A DNA stretch of 59,718 nucleotides, the filler included, from Catajapyx aquilonaris (lineage: Eukaryota): NCBI GenBank assembly GCA_000934665.2. It is 2 parts of 2 records of this genome, joined end to end, with 100 filler letters (N's around TTAATTAATTAA, not from the genome) between each part and the next. Parts side by side here need not be neighbours in the genome. Positions count along the whole stretch, not along the records: positions 1 to 29,820 come from KZ539204.1; 1 more part is not named here. One strand, 5' to 3'. Position numbers and translations under genes: made by a program. The notes under the pieces are model-generated. The model saw nothing but the letters and a program-made list of their open reading frames with translations, was not told the origin of the DNA and searched no databases. Shown in pieces: positions 1 through 10,887 of the stretch (position 1 is its first letter; each line of letters begins with the position of its first letter).

Positions 1-307
1 GTGACAAGCGGGTGGAGGGGAGTGGGTGGTCCATTGTTCTCGGGGAACCGGGGGAGTTGGCGGTATACATTAATTTCGCGATCTCGGGTTTGCGTCTGCA
101 TTAAATTTGGCGATCTCGAAAACGGCTGGGAAATTCGCGGTTTTGAGGATTTTTCAAAATAGGAAAACGGGTGCAAGGAATACAACGGTGTAAGTCCGAG
201 GTCTGTGCGACCCCGGGAAGTGGGAGATCTTTTCCATCCTATATCCTCCTCCTCCTCCTCCTCCTCCTCCTCCTCGGCGTGGGGCTTTATATATATTAGA
301 AGATAGA
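1..307 (-). mobile_element. Probable 5' end of a non-autonomous Helitron-like element with an internal (CCT)n microsatellite; runs off the window
   Basis: The minus strand begins A|TCTATCTTCTAATATATATAAAG followed by (GAG)n, the same layout as the complete element at 17923-18236. The 3' CTAG end is not in the window. Confidence 0.4.
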
Positions 308-776
308 TACTTGATTACCTGAGAGCAGGCATATCACAGTTCTCGCTCTTCATGAACGAGTTCTGGGTCCTCCTGGTCCATGACTCGCCACTACGATGAG
401 GGCCAAATATCGGAGCTTGGCACATGCTGGCTCGAACCTCGCGGGTAGAATGGTGTGATTCAGCGGCTGCAGGAGGAGCCTGTCCCCTATCACCCAAGTT
501 CTTTCTAAGTTCGGCCATCTCTTCCGATGCCGGTAAAAGCGAGACCAAGATAAACAACTCTCTTTATGTAGAATGATCGCAATCCTTTACGGCTCGCTTT
601 GGCTCCTGTGTCTCGCTGAGCGTCTGCAAAAATATGAGTGGACCATTAAAATGCAAACATAATAAATTCTATTGCTGACATAATGACATTTTTCTGTTAG
701 GAAATTGTTGGACTTCTTTGTTACCATTGTGACAGAAGTACACATTTCTGTTTGTATTTAGGCCTACTTTTCATCA

Positions 777-1063
777 TTTTTTATTTTTTATTTTAAATAC
801 CCCGTGATAGGGCGGAGCCCTCTTAGGGGGGAAGGGGGAGGTTCCCAAGGGAGGGCACTGTAATTATAGTCATTTCTGACTTTGTGAAATACACCAGACC
901 TTTTCTCCTGTCCCTGGGCAGAGTAGGGAGTGCAATTCTGCCCCGGCATGTCGGGTGAAAAGCGGAAAAAGACCCGGCCAAGCAGAGGTGACGGGGACGG
1001 GATTTGAACCCCGGCCTCCCTCTTTGGCTGGCCGGTGGCGTAACCACCAGACCACCATGCCTC
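777..1063 (-). mobile_element. tRNA-derived SINE (family A)
   Basis: Minus strand: A-box-like TGGTCTGGTGG, B-box GGTTCAAATCC, and a 3' tail CCCCCTAAGAGGGCTCCGCCCTATCACGGGGT followed by an A-rich tract. Confidence 0.75.
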
Positions 1064-1693
1064 CCTATGATTTTTTTATTTATGAAACAGAAAACTGGAG
1101 TACCCATTTTCGAGGGCCTACTCTATATTAGTCTCAGTGAAATTGACGATGAGCGTCAGACGTATATGAAACGCATACGTGGTATCATCAAGAATAAAGA
1201 TGAAAAAGACATGCATCATCAGAAAGCTAACTGTTTTTCGGAATCGGTTCTTATAACCATCTGACAGAGCATCAGGAACCAGATCATTGAACCATCTGAA
1301 ACCGACTGAAACAAGAGGGTACACCTGCAAGGCAAGTGACTACCCCGTCAACGAGTATATAGACATCGTGTCTTCCCAACAGCAACCGTTCAAAATTTGG
1401 AACTTCAGGCTATAGGTCGGCTCAGGTGCCAGAAAGAGGTTGTTGACAATGTTGGATGCAATTCAGCTTTAAGCAACCATGAGTGTCCTATACCAAATTT
1501 CTTTCCTATAGGCAGCCCCTACACACCCGGGAGATTGTCCCAAGTTACAGTATACATGTATACTCTCCACACAGTTCCATGGTCATGCGTGCTCTGCCTA
1601 TAAATCCGGCGTTAGTCAGAAATATTTAGGCACCTATAGTGGCTAATTACTGTTATTATCAAGCAGTTATTCTCTCAGTTATACGGCTGTATT

Positions 1694-1995
1694 ATAAATA
1701 AATAAATAAATCCGGGTAGTGCTTGGACCCCTCTTGGGACATTGCACGGACCTTTATTTTATTAACTAGTACAATTTGTACACAACTGGAACCTTTGACT
1801 AAGCACCCGGGCCCACGGGCAGGATGACAGGAGGGGATGTGGAAAGTTCAGTGCAATGTCGTGGGTGAGGTCATTTTGTGAACTCCCCCGGGTGGTTAGT
1901 CTAAGGAGTCCCACCCGAGACGAAGCCAGAGATGGCCCAAACTCTGCACGAGATGAAGGGGGTGTCCCCGGGCTGGGATCGAACCCAGGACCTTA
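1694..1995 (-). mobile_element. tRNA-derived SINE (family B), 5'-truncated
   Basis: B-box GGTTCGATCCC and a (TTTA)n tail. The body is clearly homologous to 13772-14050 (shared CTTCATCTCGTGCAGAGTT and CACATCCCCTCCTGTCATCCTGCCC). Confidence 0.8.
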
Positions 1996-2562
1996 TACGG
2001 GTGACTTGTATTATAATAGGCTCTTGGCACTACCGGAGGAGGACAGGTTTGAGTATCATGATCATAAGACCTCATGTTGATGCCTTTGAGATACAGGGAT
2101 ACCCCAGGAAGCAGTACACTATAATAATATGTAGCAGATTCTCCCCAGGAAAAAAAATGACCTATGTCAATCCCAACTCGACTATGGGTTCAACACTGAC
2201 CCGGAGTTATTCGACGTCGCGATTTGAACGATCATTATGTATCCTGGCCGTGTTAATATGTACCGGTATAGCGAACTTACTGTTGTTAGTCAGCCCTTCT
2301 TGTACAGTCACTTCCCAGCATGTCAATCAGACTTCTCGCAACAACAATCAATTTCGATCCTTAACGACCAGCAACAATCGATTGACAACATGTCATCACG
2401 ACGAGAGCATGTGAGTGTATTGCCAATATCTGCACATGAAGTGACACATTATTTTGTGTAAAGGAATAGACAATAGAGAAATAAGAGGAATAAAGCGCAT
2501 GGTGGGTGAGAAGCATCCGCCCCCTTCCCATCCTATAATATACATATTCTACATTAGGGCAG

Positions 2563-3062
2563 GTGTGTGTGTGAAGGGTTGCTTCAAGACCAGGATAAAG
2601 TGGCCAAAACAATTGGAGCCCCATAGTACAAAAGTATTTTTCACTAGCCATCCTTCAACGAGCTGTTCCATATTATTTTGCTGCAGACCATACATCCTGG
2701 CATTACCACCCCATAACATGGTTATTATTCTCCCTTCGTCACTTGAACACGAGCCTTGATTAATAATGCCTGCATTTGCGTGGATCTAGGCCTACGTATA
2801 TTCTGCTGCCCCACCACGATAACATTCAGAGCCTTGAAGGGACAGGTTTTGGGGTATACTCACGTTATTTGATGGGTCCTCTCAGAAGAGCGGCGTTATA
2901 GAACGTCCTACTCCAGCCGCGAGCAGTTCATGTGTGAAGAGGTTGTTGTTGTTAGCTACAATGCAAGTGTAGCCAACCTGCCTAGTCGCCTTGGTAGCCA
3001 GCGGTAGCCAGGGTAAATAGGGCCTGGCCAATTATCGTGCAGCAGCATGTGACGTCACCCAC
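2563..3062 (+). repeat. Copy 1 of a ~500-bp near-identical direct duplication
   Basis: GTGTGAAGGGTTGCTTCAA...GCATGTGACGTCACCCAC recurs at 5369-5869 with few differences. Confidence 0.95.
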
Positions 3063-3218
3063 GGGTGGGTGGAATAACGTCGAATGGAATAATGTCGACA
3101 GGAATAGTGTCGAATCCAGGTCGAATCGGAATAATGTCGAAAGAATAACGCAAACGGAATAGTGTCGAATGAAATACGGCAACCGGAATAACGTCGAATC
3201 GGATGTAAAACGCACCCG
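3062..3218. mobile_element. Small MITE-like element made of ~15-bp GGAATAAYGTCGAAT units with short TIRs
   Basis: Ends CGGGTGGGT and ACGCACCCG form a 9-bp inverted repeat with 1 mismatch. Several degenerate GGAATAnyGTCGAAT units lie between them. Confidence 0.55.
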
Positions 3219-3976
3219 CTTTTTTTCGCCTGTTATTATTATCTCTCCCTGCTTTCAACCCAAGTTCCTAGTTGTTTCTCCTGTCTGACGCTAGAGATCA
3301 CAAGAGTCCAGAGTGATACCACGAGTGATACTATAAATGTTAAATGTTAAATGTTATAGGTGTTTACGATCTTAGACCATAATTGAACCATGGAATCGGA
3401 AAACCAGGTGATGTCCACTCTAAAATGACTTATTGGCACTTATGCACTTGTTGCTCTGAGCCTCTCTGTACACCAAACGGAGCATCGCAGGCGCACCAAA
3501 CTCGGGTGGTAGGTGAGCTTGGCGAATCCATGACGATACAAGATGTCACGAATCCGATAAGAGTAACGCGTGACGAATGGGAGCGGTGTCATTGACCCCC
3601 CCCACCCTCTGGACACCCCTGTGGACATCGCCTTGTTTTCCGATTCCATGGCGAGTTCGAGGCCACGTTTACTCCTCTGCAAATCACATTGATTGTCGCA
3701 CCTGGATCAAACAAATATGACATTTTTCTTGCGGCGAATGCGTACCTATCCCAGGTGACATGAAACCGATAGCACAAACGAGTCAAATGCGACACTGGTT
3801 TATCTGATCCCCCTCCCGGGTTTTGATGTCGCCTATAGTACAGTAGATTATACTTCGTGTAGGTATGTGTACACAACATGCACGTCTACGTACTGTACAC
3901 AACCGGTTGGCGACACCATTAGCAACATGTAGCAGCATATGTTGCACATTGAAGCCTACGTAATACCGAAGCAGTA

Positions 3977-4930
3977 GGGGAGGGTGGGTATAGTTGTAAC
4001 ACTTTTCAGTTTTTTCGCCCTGCTCGTTCTCAATCAATAAATGAAAAGTTTTCAATAGTGCTGTTTAATAGGCCCATTCGTTAGCTACACAGAGGCAGAG
4101 AATCATCCTTCCAACAAGAGCCGTTAATAAGATACAAAGCAAAAACTAAAGCTTGGTGAGTGTTACAACCTACCCCACCCTTGGGTATAGTTGTAACAGC
4201 AAGTGGGGTACGTTGTAACAAACCAATACAAGGGCAGATAAGCTCACTAAACATGATTGTCTCAAACATTGTTATTGTACAACAAACAGAAATAATTTCC
4301 AATCGATTTGATTTGTTGAGAGAATGAGCTATAAGAAAATCTATCCGAGTATAATATATTCTCAATCTATCTAGGTAGGCCTACAGTAGCTAGGCCTATG
4401 TAAATGATCTTACGAGACATAATGGCAAGGTTATGGGTTACAACTCAAAGTAGCCAATAGCCTACTCTAGGCCTATGTTAGGCTACAACTTAAAGTAGAC
4501 TAGGTTAGCCTACTCCTGAATCCTGAACCAAACACTAAGTCCTCAAAGTTCACCGCTGTCACAATCACTGTCACAGTTTTGGCAGATGAACACAACTCCC
4601 TTGGGACTTTCTAGGCATGCCTTATGGAGAAACCAGATATGATGTTCGTGGGGGTGACAGCTTTTGGTAAGGCTTCCTTGACAATTGCTGGTATGTCATA
4701 TATAGTCATAGTTTTGCCAGGATGTGTCTTCATTCAACTATCGCAAGCCTGGTTGACATACTTCTTGAACGGTCCATATACCCCCCTGCCCAGTGGCAGT
4801 TAGGACACGTAGGTACAGCCTTGCTACAATTTTACTAGTATTTGTAGCTATTTGTAGCTATTTGTAGCTATTAGCTTCCACTAACCAACAAATATATTCT
4901 ACATTAGCACGTGGGTATAGTTGTAACAGC
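3977..4930 (-). mobile_element. Internally deleted pogo/Tigger-type DNA transposon
   Basis: Terminus TA|GGGGAGGGTGGGTATAGTTGTAACA. The GGGTATAGTTGTAACA motif recurs in both orientations (about 3986, 4161, 4183, 4205, 4913). A transposase remnant lies inside. Confidence 0.75.
4629..4799 (-). pseudogene. pogo/Tigger (DDE_1) transposase remnant
   Basis: Hand translation LPLGRGVYGPFKKYVNQACDS*MKTHPGKTMTIYDIPAIVKEALPKAVTPTNIISGF matches the pogo LQPLD..V.GPFK......W...HPG....Y.I...........TP.NI.SGF block. The conserved W codon is a stop and the QPLD motif is degraded. Confidence 0.85.
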
Positions 4931-4994
4931 CTGTCTTGAAGCAACCCTTCGCACAGGCCCCACGTTGAGCAGGTGGGTGTGTGTGGGTGATCAG

Positions 4995-5336
4995 GTCTTG
5001 ACTAAGGTCTGGGGACGGAAGTCTGTGGTTTTACTGTAGCTGTGGGGACCAGTTCCAATTGTGGGGACATTTGTCGGTCCCCACAGTCTCACACACGCGA
5101 AGTGTACCATTACAGTGGGGACATGTGTAAATTAGTGGGGACATGTCCCCACTATTTTCATTTGTAGGGTTTCACAAAAGTCCATTTTTCTCAGCCTAGG
5201 TTACTTAGGGTAGGGTAGGTTAGGTAGGGTAGGTTAGGTTAGGTTAGGTTAGGTTAGGTTAGGTTAGGTTAGGTTAGATCAGTTTACACTCGCAGTGAAA
5301 AGTGATCAATGTCCGTCCCCACGCCTTAGTCAAGAC
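4995..5336. mobile_element. Non-autonomous TIR element inserted in a (GT)n tract, carrying GTGGGGAC repeats and a TTAGG array
   Basis: 25-bp inverted repeats GTCTTGACTAAGGTCTGGGGACGGA (4995-5019) and TCCGTCCCCACGCCTTAGTCAAGAC (5312-5336), 2 mismatches. GT repeats lie on both flanks. Confidence 0.75.
5197..5277 (+). repeat. Interstitial (TTAGG)n array, the arthropod telomeric motif
   Basis: Eight perfect TTAGG units at 5234-5273, preceded by degenerate TAGG/TAGGG units. Confidence 0.9.
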
Positions 5337-5368
5337 AGGAGCGTGTGTGTGGGTGTGTGTGTGTGTGG

Positions 5369-5869
5369 GTGTGTGTGTGAAGGGTTGCTTCAATACCAGG
5401 ATAAAGTGGCCAAAACAATTTGAGCCCCATAGTATATATGAAATATTTTTCACTAACCATCCTTCCACGAGCTGTTCCATATTATTTTGCTGCAGACCAT
5501 ACATCCGGGCATTACCACCCCCATAACATGGTTATTATTCTCCCTTCGTCACTTGAACACGAGCCTTGATTAATAATGCCTGCATTTGCGTGGATCTAGG
5601 CCTACGTATCTGCTGCCCCACCGCGATAACATTCAGAGCCTTGAAGGGACAGGTTTTGGGGTATACTCACGTTATTTGATGGGTCCTCTCAGAAGAGCGG
5701 CGTTATAGAACGTCCTACTCCAGCCGCGAGCAGTTCATGTGTGAAGAGGTTGTTGTTGTTAGCTACAATGCAAGTGTAGCCAACCTGCCTAGTCGCCTTG
5801 GTAGCCAGCGGTAGCCAGGGTAAATAGGTCCTGGCCAATTATCGTGCAGCAGCATGTGACGTCACCCAC
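5369..5869 (+). repeat. Copy 2 of the ~500-bp direct duplication
   Basis: Matches 2563-3062. Confidence 0.95.
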
Positions 5870-6325
5870 ATGAAAAAAATCTCCCGCGTATTATGAAAAC
5901 AGGCGCTCTGCATGGGGAAACGGGCTTTGTGCGATTTGAGACGGATCACTCGAGTTACGAGCCAGTGGACGGTGGATTCTAGGGGAGGGGGATGTGCCCA
6001 GTACTCACACATCACTGTCGCCCACCACCGGAGTGCAAACGCCCGGGTTGGACGTTGGACCCACTTCCTTGGCTCGCCTCACCCCGCCACTTGCCTGTCC
6101 TTCTAGTCCGACATTATTTTTTTGACGGAATTATGCACTTAGAGCCTAAATCGATGTTTTACCACGTTCTGGGCACCTTATGGAGTTTTCCCAGGGTTAG
6201 ACCAACTTCCAAAATTTCGGGTAATTTTTGTACATACACGCAAAGTTGTAAAAACGCCGTAAGTGAAAATCGCGTGTTTACAGCGTATCTGATGGGGTGC
6301 GGTAGTCATTTCGGGGTCATTTCCT

Positions 6326-7440
6326 AAGTTTCAGGGTCGAGGAACTCAATTCTGACATTTCCAAAACCCTCAGAGGCCAACTTTATTTGTGGGGAATGCA
6401 TGAGTTCCGATTGGCTGTCGTCTACCGCCATCCGCCATCCACCTCTATTGCTATGTGCTATGTCACTGATGTTTTTTTTGAATGTTATTGACTATTGTGT
6501 CTCTACCACAAGGAATATTAATGTTTTGTAAACTTACTTAGGGGTATCCAGTACAGCATTTATAAAATAAAAATTACTTGGGTAAAATGGAGTAATTCCA
6601 ACAACAAAATAATAGAAACTTCTGTCATTTCTGATATACCTACTGTAACAAAACTGTACAAAATGGAATCTAAAAGTTACACTGTATATACGAGTGGGAG
6701 TACTCCCGTTTATCCTGGCTAATGACTGCACGGGTGTCGCCGAATAATCAGAAAATAATCGGAAAATGGTCACAGACATCGTAATAATGAGCTATTCACA
6801 GGTTTTTGATGTAACTTACACTCTTTTAATGTCTACCACGGTAGTCTACATAGTGTATGCTTTAAATAAGGTTTAATAAAAATTATAAAACTTTCCATGG
6901 ATCTTTAGTTTGCCTTCTAGAAAAGTCTGTTTTTCTTTGTTTGCCAGAAATATCGACATTTTCCGGACTTGTAGGCTATTGTTTTGTTTTATTTTGTTTT
7001 GGAGATGCTCGGATTATCCGAAACACGGATAATTCGCACCCGGATGATCGGGAGTACAGTGTACATCGCTAGAAAGAAGCTCTTCTCTTTCCAGCTCGTT
7101 ACGTATTTTATGTTAAAAAGGAAAATAGAGGAGAAAACATTGTAACAATTTTCCCCAGCAAGTGTTGGAATTGCTCCATACGGGCCAATTCCCACAACAT
7201 GCAATATGATATAGGGAATGGTCAGTTACTGTTTGATTTACTCCAGATGAGGTCATTGAAACACCATAAATCAGTCAAATGTGGAAACATCTTACTTTTA
7301 TCATCATCGCAGAAGACGTGGCTGGCGGTATAGACGACAGCCAGCTCCGATCGGAAGTCATGCACTCTGCACAACGAAAGTTGGCCTCTGAGGGATTTGG
7401 AAATGTCAGAATTGAGTATGTTCCTCGACCCTGAAAACTT
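6326..7440. mobile_element. Degenerate DNA-transposon-like unit with ~110-bp inverted arms
   Basis: 6326-6437 (TTTCAGGGTCGAGGAACTCAATTCTGACATTTCCAAAACCCTCAGAGGCCAACTTT...) is the imperfect reverse complement of 7321-7440. A Tigger-like MITE end (CGGATGATCGGGAGTACAGTGTA) lies inside at about 7041-7063. Confidence 0.6.
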
Positions 7441-8384
7441 GCTTCGCGCTGATTGGCCAGACCGCTAACTGCGCTACCTCTAGTCTTTTATATACTCTGT
7501 TGGTAGCATCCTCGGTAGCATCTCATGTGCAAGGTGTGCTTATATGATATCATTGATATGCAATTGCCTCATTAATTGCACCACCTTCCAATGTAACGCC
7601 ATTGTAGGCCGAGCACTGCATTTATTTTCCAATTTCAAGGGTTACAGACATTAATGAGCCAAATATATGAGACCACGCATTCTCACCCATTTTAAATGGA
7701 TTCTCAGCAGACTTTGATGCAGTTATCCTATTGGAAGACAAATTCTATCTTGTGCATTGTTTCAGATTATGTCCTGTGTGATCCATCTCCTGCAGCTACC
7801 TGTCCCACCACTACCAGTATCATTTGTAATGCCTCGCACATGCCTTGCAACATCTGAATTTATTGAATAATCTGGCCTCAACTGCTAATAAATGAAGTTC
7901 ATTTATTTGGAACAAACATTAGGTTGTAAAATAATGACCATTGACATTCCATCGTCTTTGTTTGAATATCCCCAATTGAAAATTGTTGCCAACAGACATT
8001 TAAAATTCAGTTTCTTAGATCATATTATACTTATTATTCGCATTATACGGTTAAATACCCGAGATTTAGTTAATGATTTATAATTAATAAGTTAAGAAGA
8101 TTATTACAGGCTTTTGTGTTGGCACCATTGGTGACTCACATTTGGAATCCAACATGGCGTTTGAAGTTCTGTTCTGTTCTGGAAGGAGCAACTAGCCAAC
8201 TACCAGGACGTGGAATTACGGCACTAGGATATGTACAGGTAACTAGAATTGAGGCTACCTAAACTCCCAGTACATGGTCAGTAGTAGGCCTACTGTCAAA
8301 GAGAGTTAGTGGGCTCAGGTTGGTAGGCAAGGTGGTATGAAAATGTATAGTAGACCTGTGCTTAACTTTAACATGGCAGTGGTT

Positions 8385-10230
8385 TTCAGGGGATTTACCT
8401 AGTTTAACCCTGGAACCGTGCCGTGCCTACGAGTATTACGGCAACCGTGCCGTGGGGTCTTTTCGGACCCCACGATATTTGAATTTTTATTAATTATTAT
8501 AAAATACTTGTCAATGTATTGACTATATACAATCATTCTTTGAACAGTCCCGAAAAGGATCGCTAATTCAAAATAAACATGCACTTCTTGTTACATACTG
8601 CAAAAAAATTGCAAAAGTTCATTGTAATTATCATTTTCATGCATTTTTTTCCTTGGGGTCCAAAAAGACCCCACGGCACGGTTCCAGGGTTAAGTTCTAA
8701 AGCAGCAGCTGCAACTTCCTTCTTACTAATATCCCCACAACCATCATTACTTGGTACATCATCCCCAATTAAGCTTACAGATACATCAACACTGGCCTTA
8801 TCACTTGCTGAGAGCAAGTCCGTAAAATACTCTCCCCAACGACCTTTCGCCTTTTCTCCATCCCACAGCATGTCACCCTTCTTATCCTTCACACCCACTA
8901 CACTAACCCCATGGCCAGTTCTTAACCTCCTAACAGTCTTCCAAAAAGACTTCCCATCCTCCTTGAAGGCCTTCTCCAGCCTCTCACTCTCCTCTAGATC
9001 TACCTTCTTCTTACTCTCCCTAACAACCAGCACTGCCTCCCGCTTCCAAAACCTATACTCCCCTGCAGGGACACTACCCTGCACCATTCCTAAGTAAGCC
9101 TCTTTGCGATAAACAGCCTTAGCCACCTCTTCGTTCCACCAACGATCCCCCTTCTTACAACCCGCCTTAGCCAGACCACCAATATCAACAGCACTACTCA
9201 CTAAGGAGGACTTGAAACAATCCCAAGGCTCTTCAAAGGACTTAACTGTCTTGTTCCCTTCTACCAATTTATCAGAAACTAGCTGTTGATATTCCAAACC
9301 TAATGCTGGAAGATGCTCAACCTTAATCCTCTCAACCACCTCAGGGTTTTTCTTAAACATCCTCCATCCAACTCCTAACCTTAACCTATAGAGACAACCA
9401 GGTAATGGTCGGAACCAACATCTACACCTCTAACCACCTTAGTATCAACTACCTTTGACCGCAACATATTATCTATCACTACAGTCAAGCAAGGACTTCT
9501 GACCTAATGACCTATTCTCCCAAGTATACTGATGAATCCGTTTATGAGGAAACACAGTATTAGATACATAGAGGCCTCTCTCTACACATATAAATCCAAT
9601 AAACTCACACCGTTTCCATTAACCCTAACATCCCCATAACGACCCAACACTACCTCATACCCCAGGCGAGAGACACCCACCCAAGAATTAAAATCCCCTG
9701 CAAGAATTATCCTGTCGTTACCATTGAAACCATCCATCACAGCACTTAAACTATCCCAGAACCTCTCTGTATCCTCATCCGAAGATGAGTCAACTGGTGC
9801 ATACACAGCCACAACCACAATCCTAGTCTTAACCACCTTCAGACTCACCCACATTATTCTCTCACTGACCTGACTATATCCTGTCACACAGTGCACCAGC
9901 TTAGGACTAATAAGTATACCAACACCTGCACAAGCCCTCTTCCTTTCATCTACACCAGACCAGAACCCTGTTAGCCCATTGAAATCACCCACTGAACATC
10001 CCTTCATCTTGGTCTCAGACAAACACATTATATCTAAACGAGCATCAACAAATGCTTTCCTAACAATATCACCCTTATTATGTGTACCCCTTACGTTAAC
10101 AATGGAAAGTCTAACCTCTGAATTTTTTGCCCTTCTCTTGCTACCTACCCCCAAACTTTGAACATTCCCAGAACCTAGGAGAGAAACTGAACTAAAATTA
10201 GTGTAACTTGAGGTTCTCCCGATCATCTCT
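8385..10230 (-). pseudogene. Degraded non-LTR retrotransposon (LINE, RTE-like): APE endonuclease plus linker, no RT domain
   Basis: ORFs 9582-10358 and 8563-9360 carry APE motifs (NVRG, LSETK, VAVYAP, LAGDFNS), with GSDHYLV at about 9400-9417 after a stop and frameshift. The linker has WWNEEV, FWK.V, RWGEYF and ISKKEV..A..ELKLGKSP, the last interrupted by a MITE. Confidence 0.92.
8408..8689. mobile_element. piggyBac-type MITE inserted in the LINE
   Basis: TTAA target-site duplications at 8404-8407 and 8690-8693, 18-bp TIR CCCTGGAACCGTGCCGTG, and a second copy at 16503-16782. Confidence 0.92.
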
Positions 10231-10253
10231 TCACGACCAAAAAGAAAAAGGAG

Positions 10254-10887
10254 GAGGCACAAAATATATGGGCGAGTGGCCTTCCCTTCGATTTGCCTGA
10301 AAATTGGATATGTTATGGCCCAGACCATCCTGATCAATGTTAGATATGGACATTTCAAGGTAGGACCTACAGGGAGGGTGCTATTGACCTCCGAAGGTCA
10401 TATGGGATATGATCTGGTTTTCCGCTCGATTTGGCTGAAAATTGGATATGTTGCAGCTCAGACCATCCTGATCAATGTTGGATAGGGACATTTCGAGGTA
10501 GGACCTACAGGGAGCATGCTAATTGCTATTCATCGAAGAGGCTAGAAGACTGCTGTGAGAGAAACCTCGCTTCCTTACATTGACCCAATGAATGTTGAGC
10601 ACTCTGGAGGAAACTCCAGATGACAACCTTCAAGGAGTAGAATTTGAACCAGATGAATAGGTAATAAAGATTAATAGATAATTTAATGCAATAACCATTG
10701 AGTTCCTGAGACTTATTGTAGTCTACTACTCCCCCTCTTACCTGCGGAGGTCATTAGCATGCTCCCTGCTGTAGGTCCTACCTCGAAATGTCCCTATCCA
10801 ACATTGATCAGGATGGTCTGGGTTGCAACATATCAAATTTTCAGGCAAATCGAACGGAAGGCCACTCGCCCATATATTTTGTGCCTC
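10254..10887. mobile_element. Foldback/MITE-like element with ~140-bp inverted arms and an internal tandem copy of the arm
   Basis: GAGGCACAAAATATATGGGCGAGTGGCCTTCC... at 10254 is inverted at 10745-10887. The arm core is repeated directly at about 10426-10523. Confidence 0.75.

Larger units (their letters stand above)
4933..5432. mobile_element. Tc1-like MITE (same family as 17703-17846), left TIR partly deleted and interrupted by a nested element
   Basis: GTCTTGAAGCAACCCTT at 4933 and AAGGGTTGCTTCAATACCAGGATAAAGTGGCCAAAACAATTTGAGCCCCATAG|TA at 5380-5434 match the two arms of the intact copy. Confidence 0.8.

Noticed and set aside
318..623. Minus-strand exon-like segment (ttttgcag ... CAG|gtaatc)
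   Set aside because: All three frames contain stops and no protein family is recognisable. It could be a non-coding exon but is unsupported.
1120..1500. Possible retroelement coding relic
   Set aside because: It looks coding-like but has multiple stops and no motif I can assign.
3070..3205. Regularly spaced short repeats resembling a CRISPR array
   Set aside because: The units are ~15 bp, degenerate and nearly abutting, with no unique spacers and no cas genes, in a eukaryotic context.
3383..3880. Overlapping short ORFs
   Set aside because: No recognisable domain or splice-consistent structure.
5197..5277. True telomere
   Set aside because: The array is short, internal and enclosed by TIRs.
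2563..5869. Direct repeats as the LTRs of a retrotransposon
   Set aside because: No TG...CA ends, primer-binding site, polypurine tract or gag/pol between them. The interior is DNA-transposon debris.
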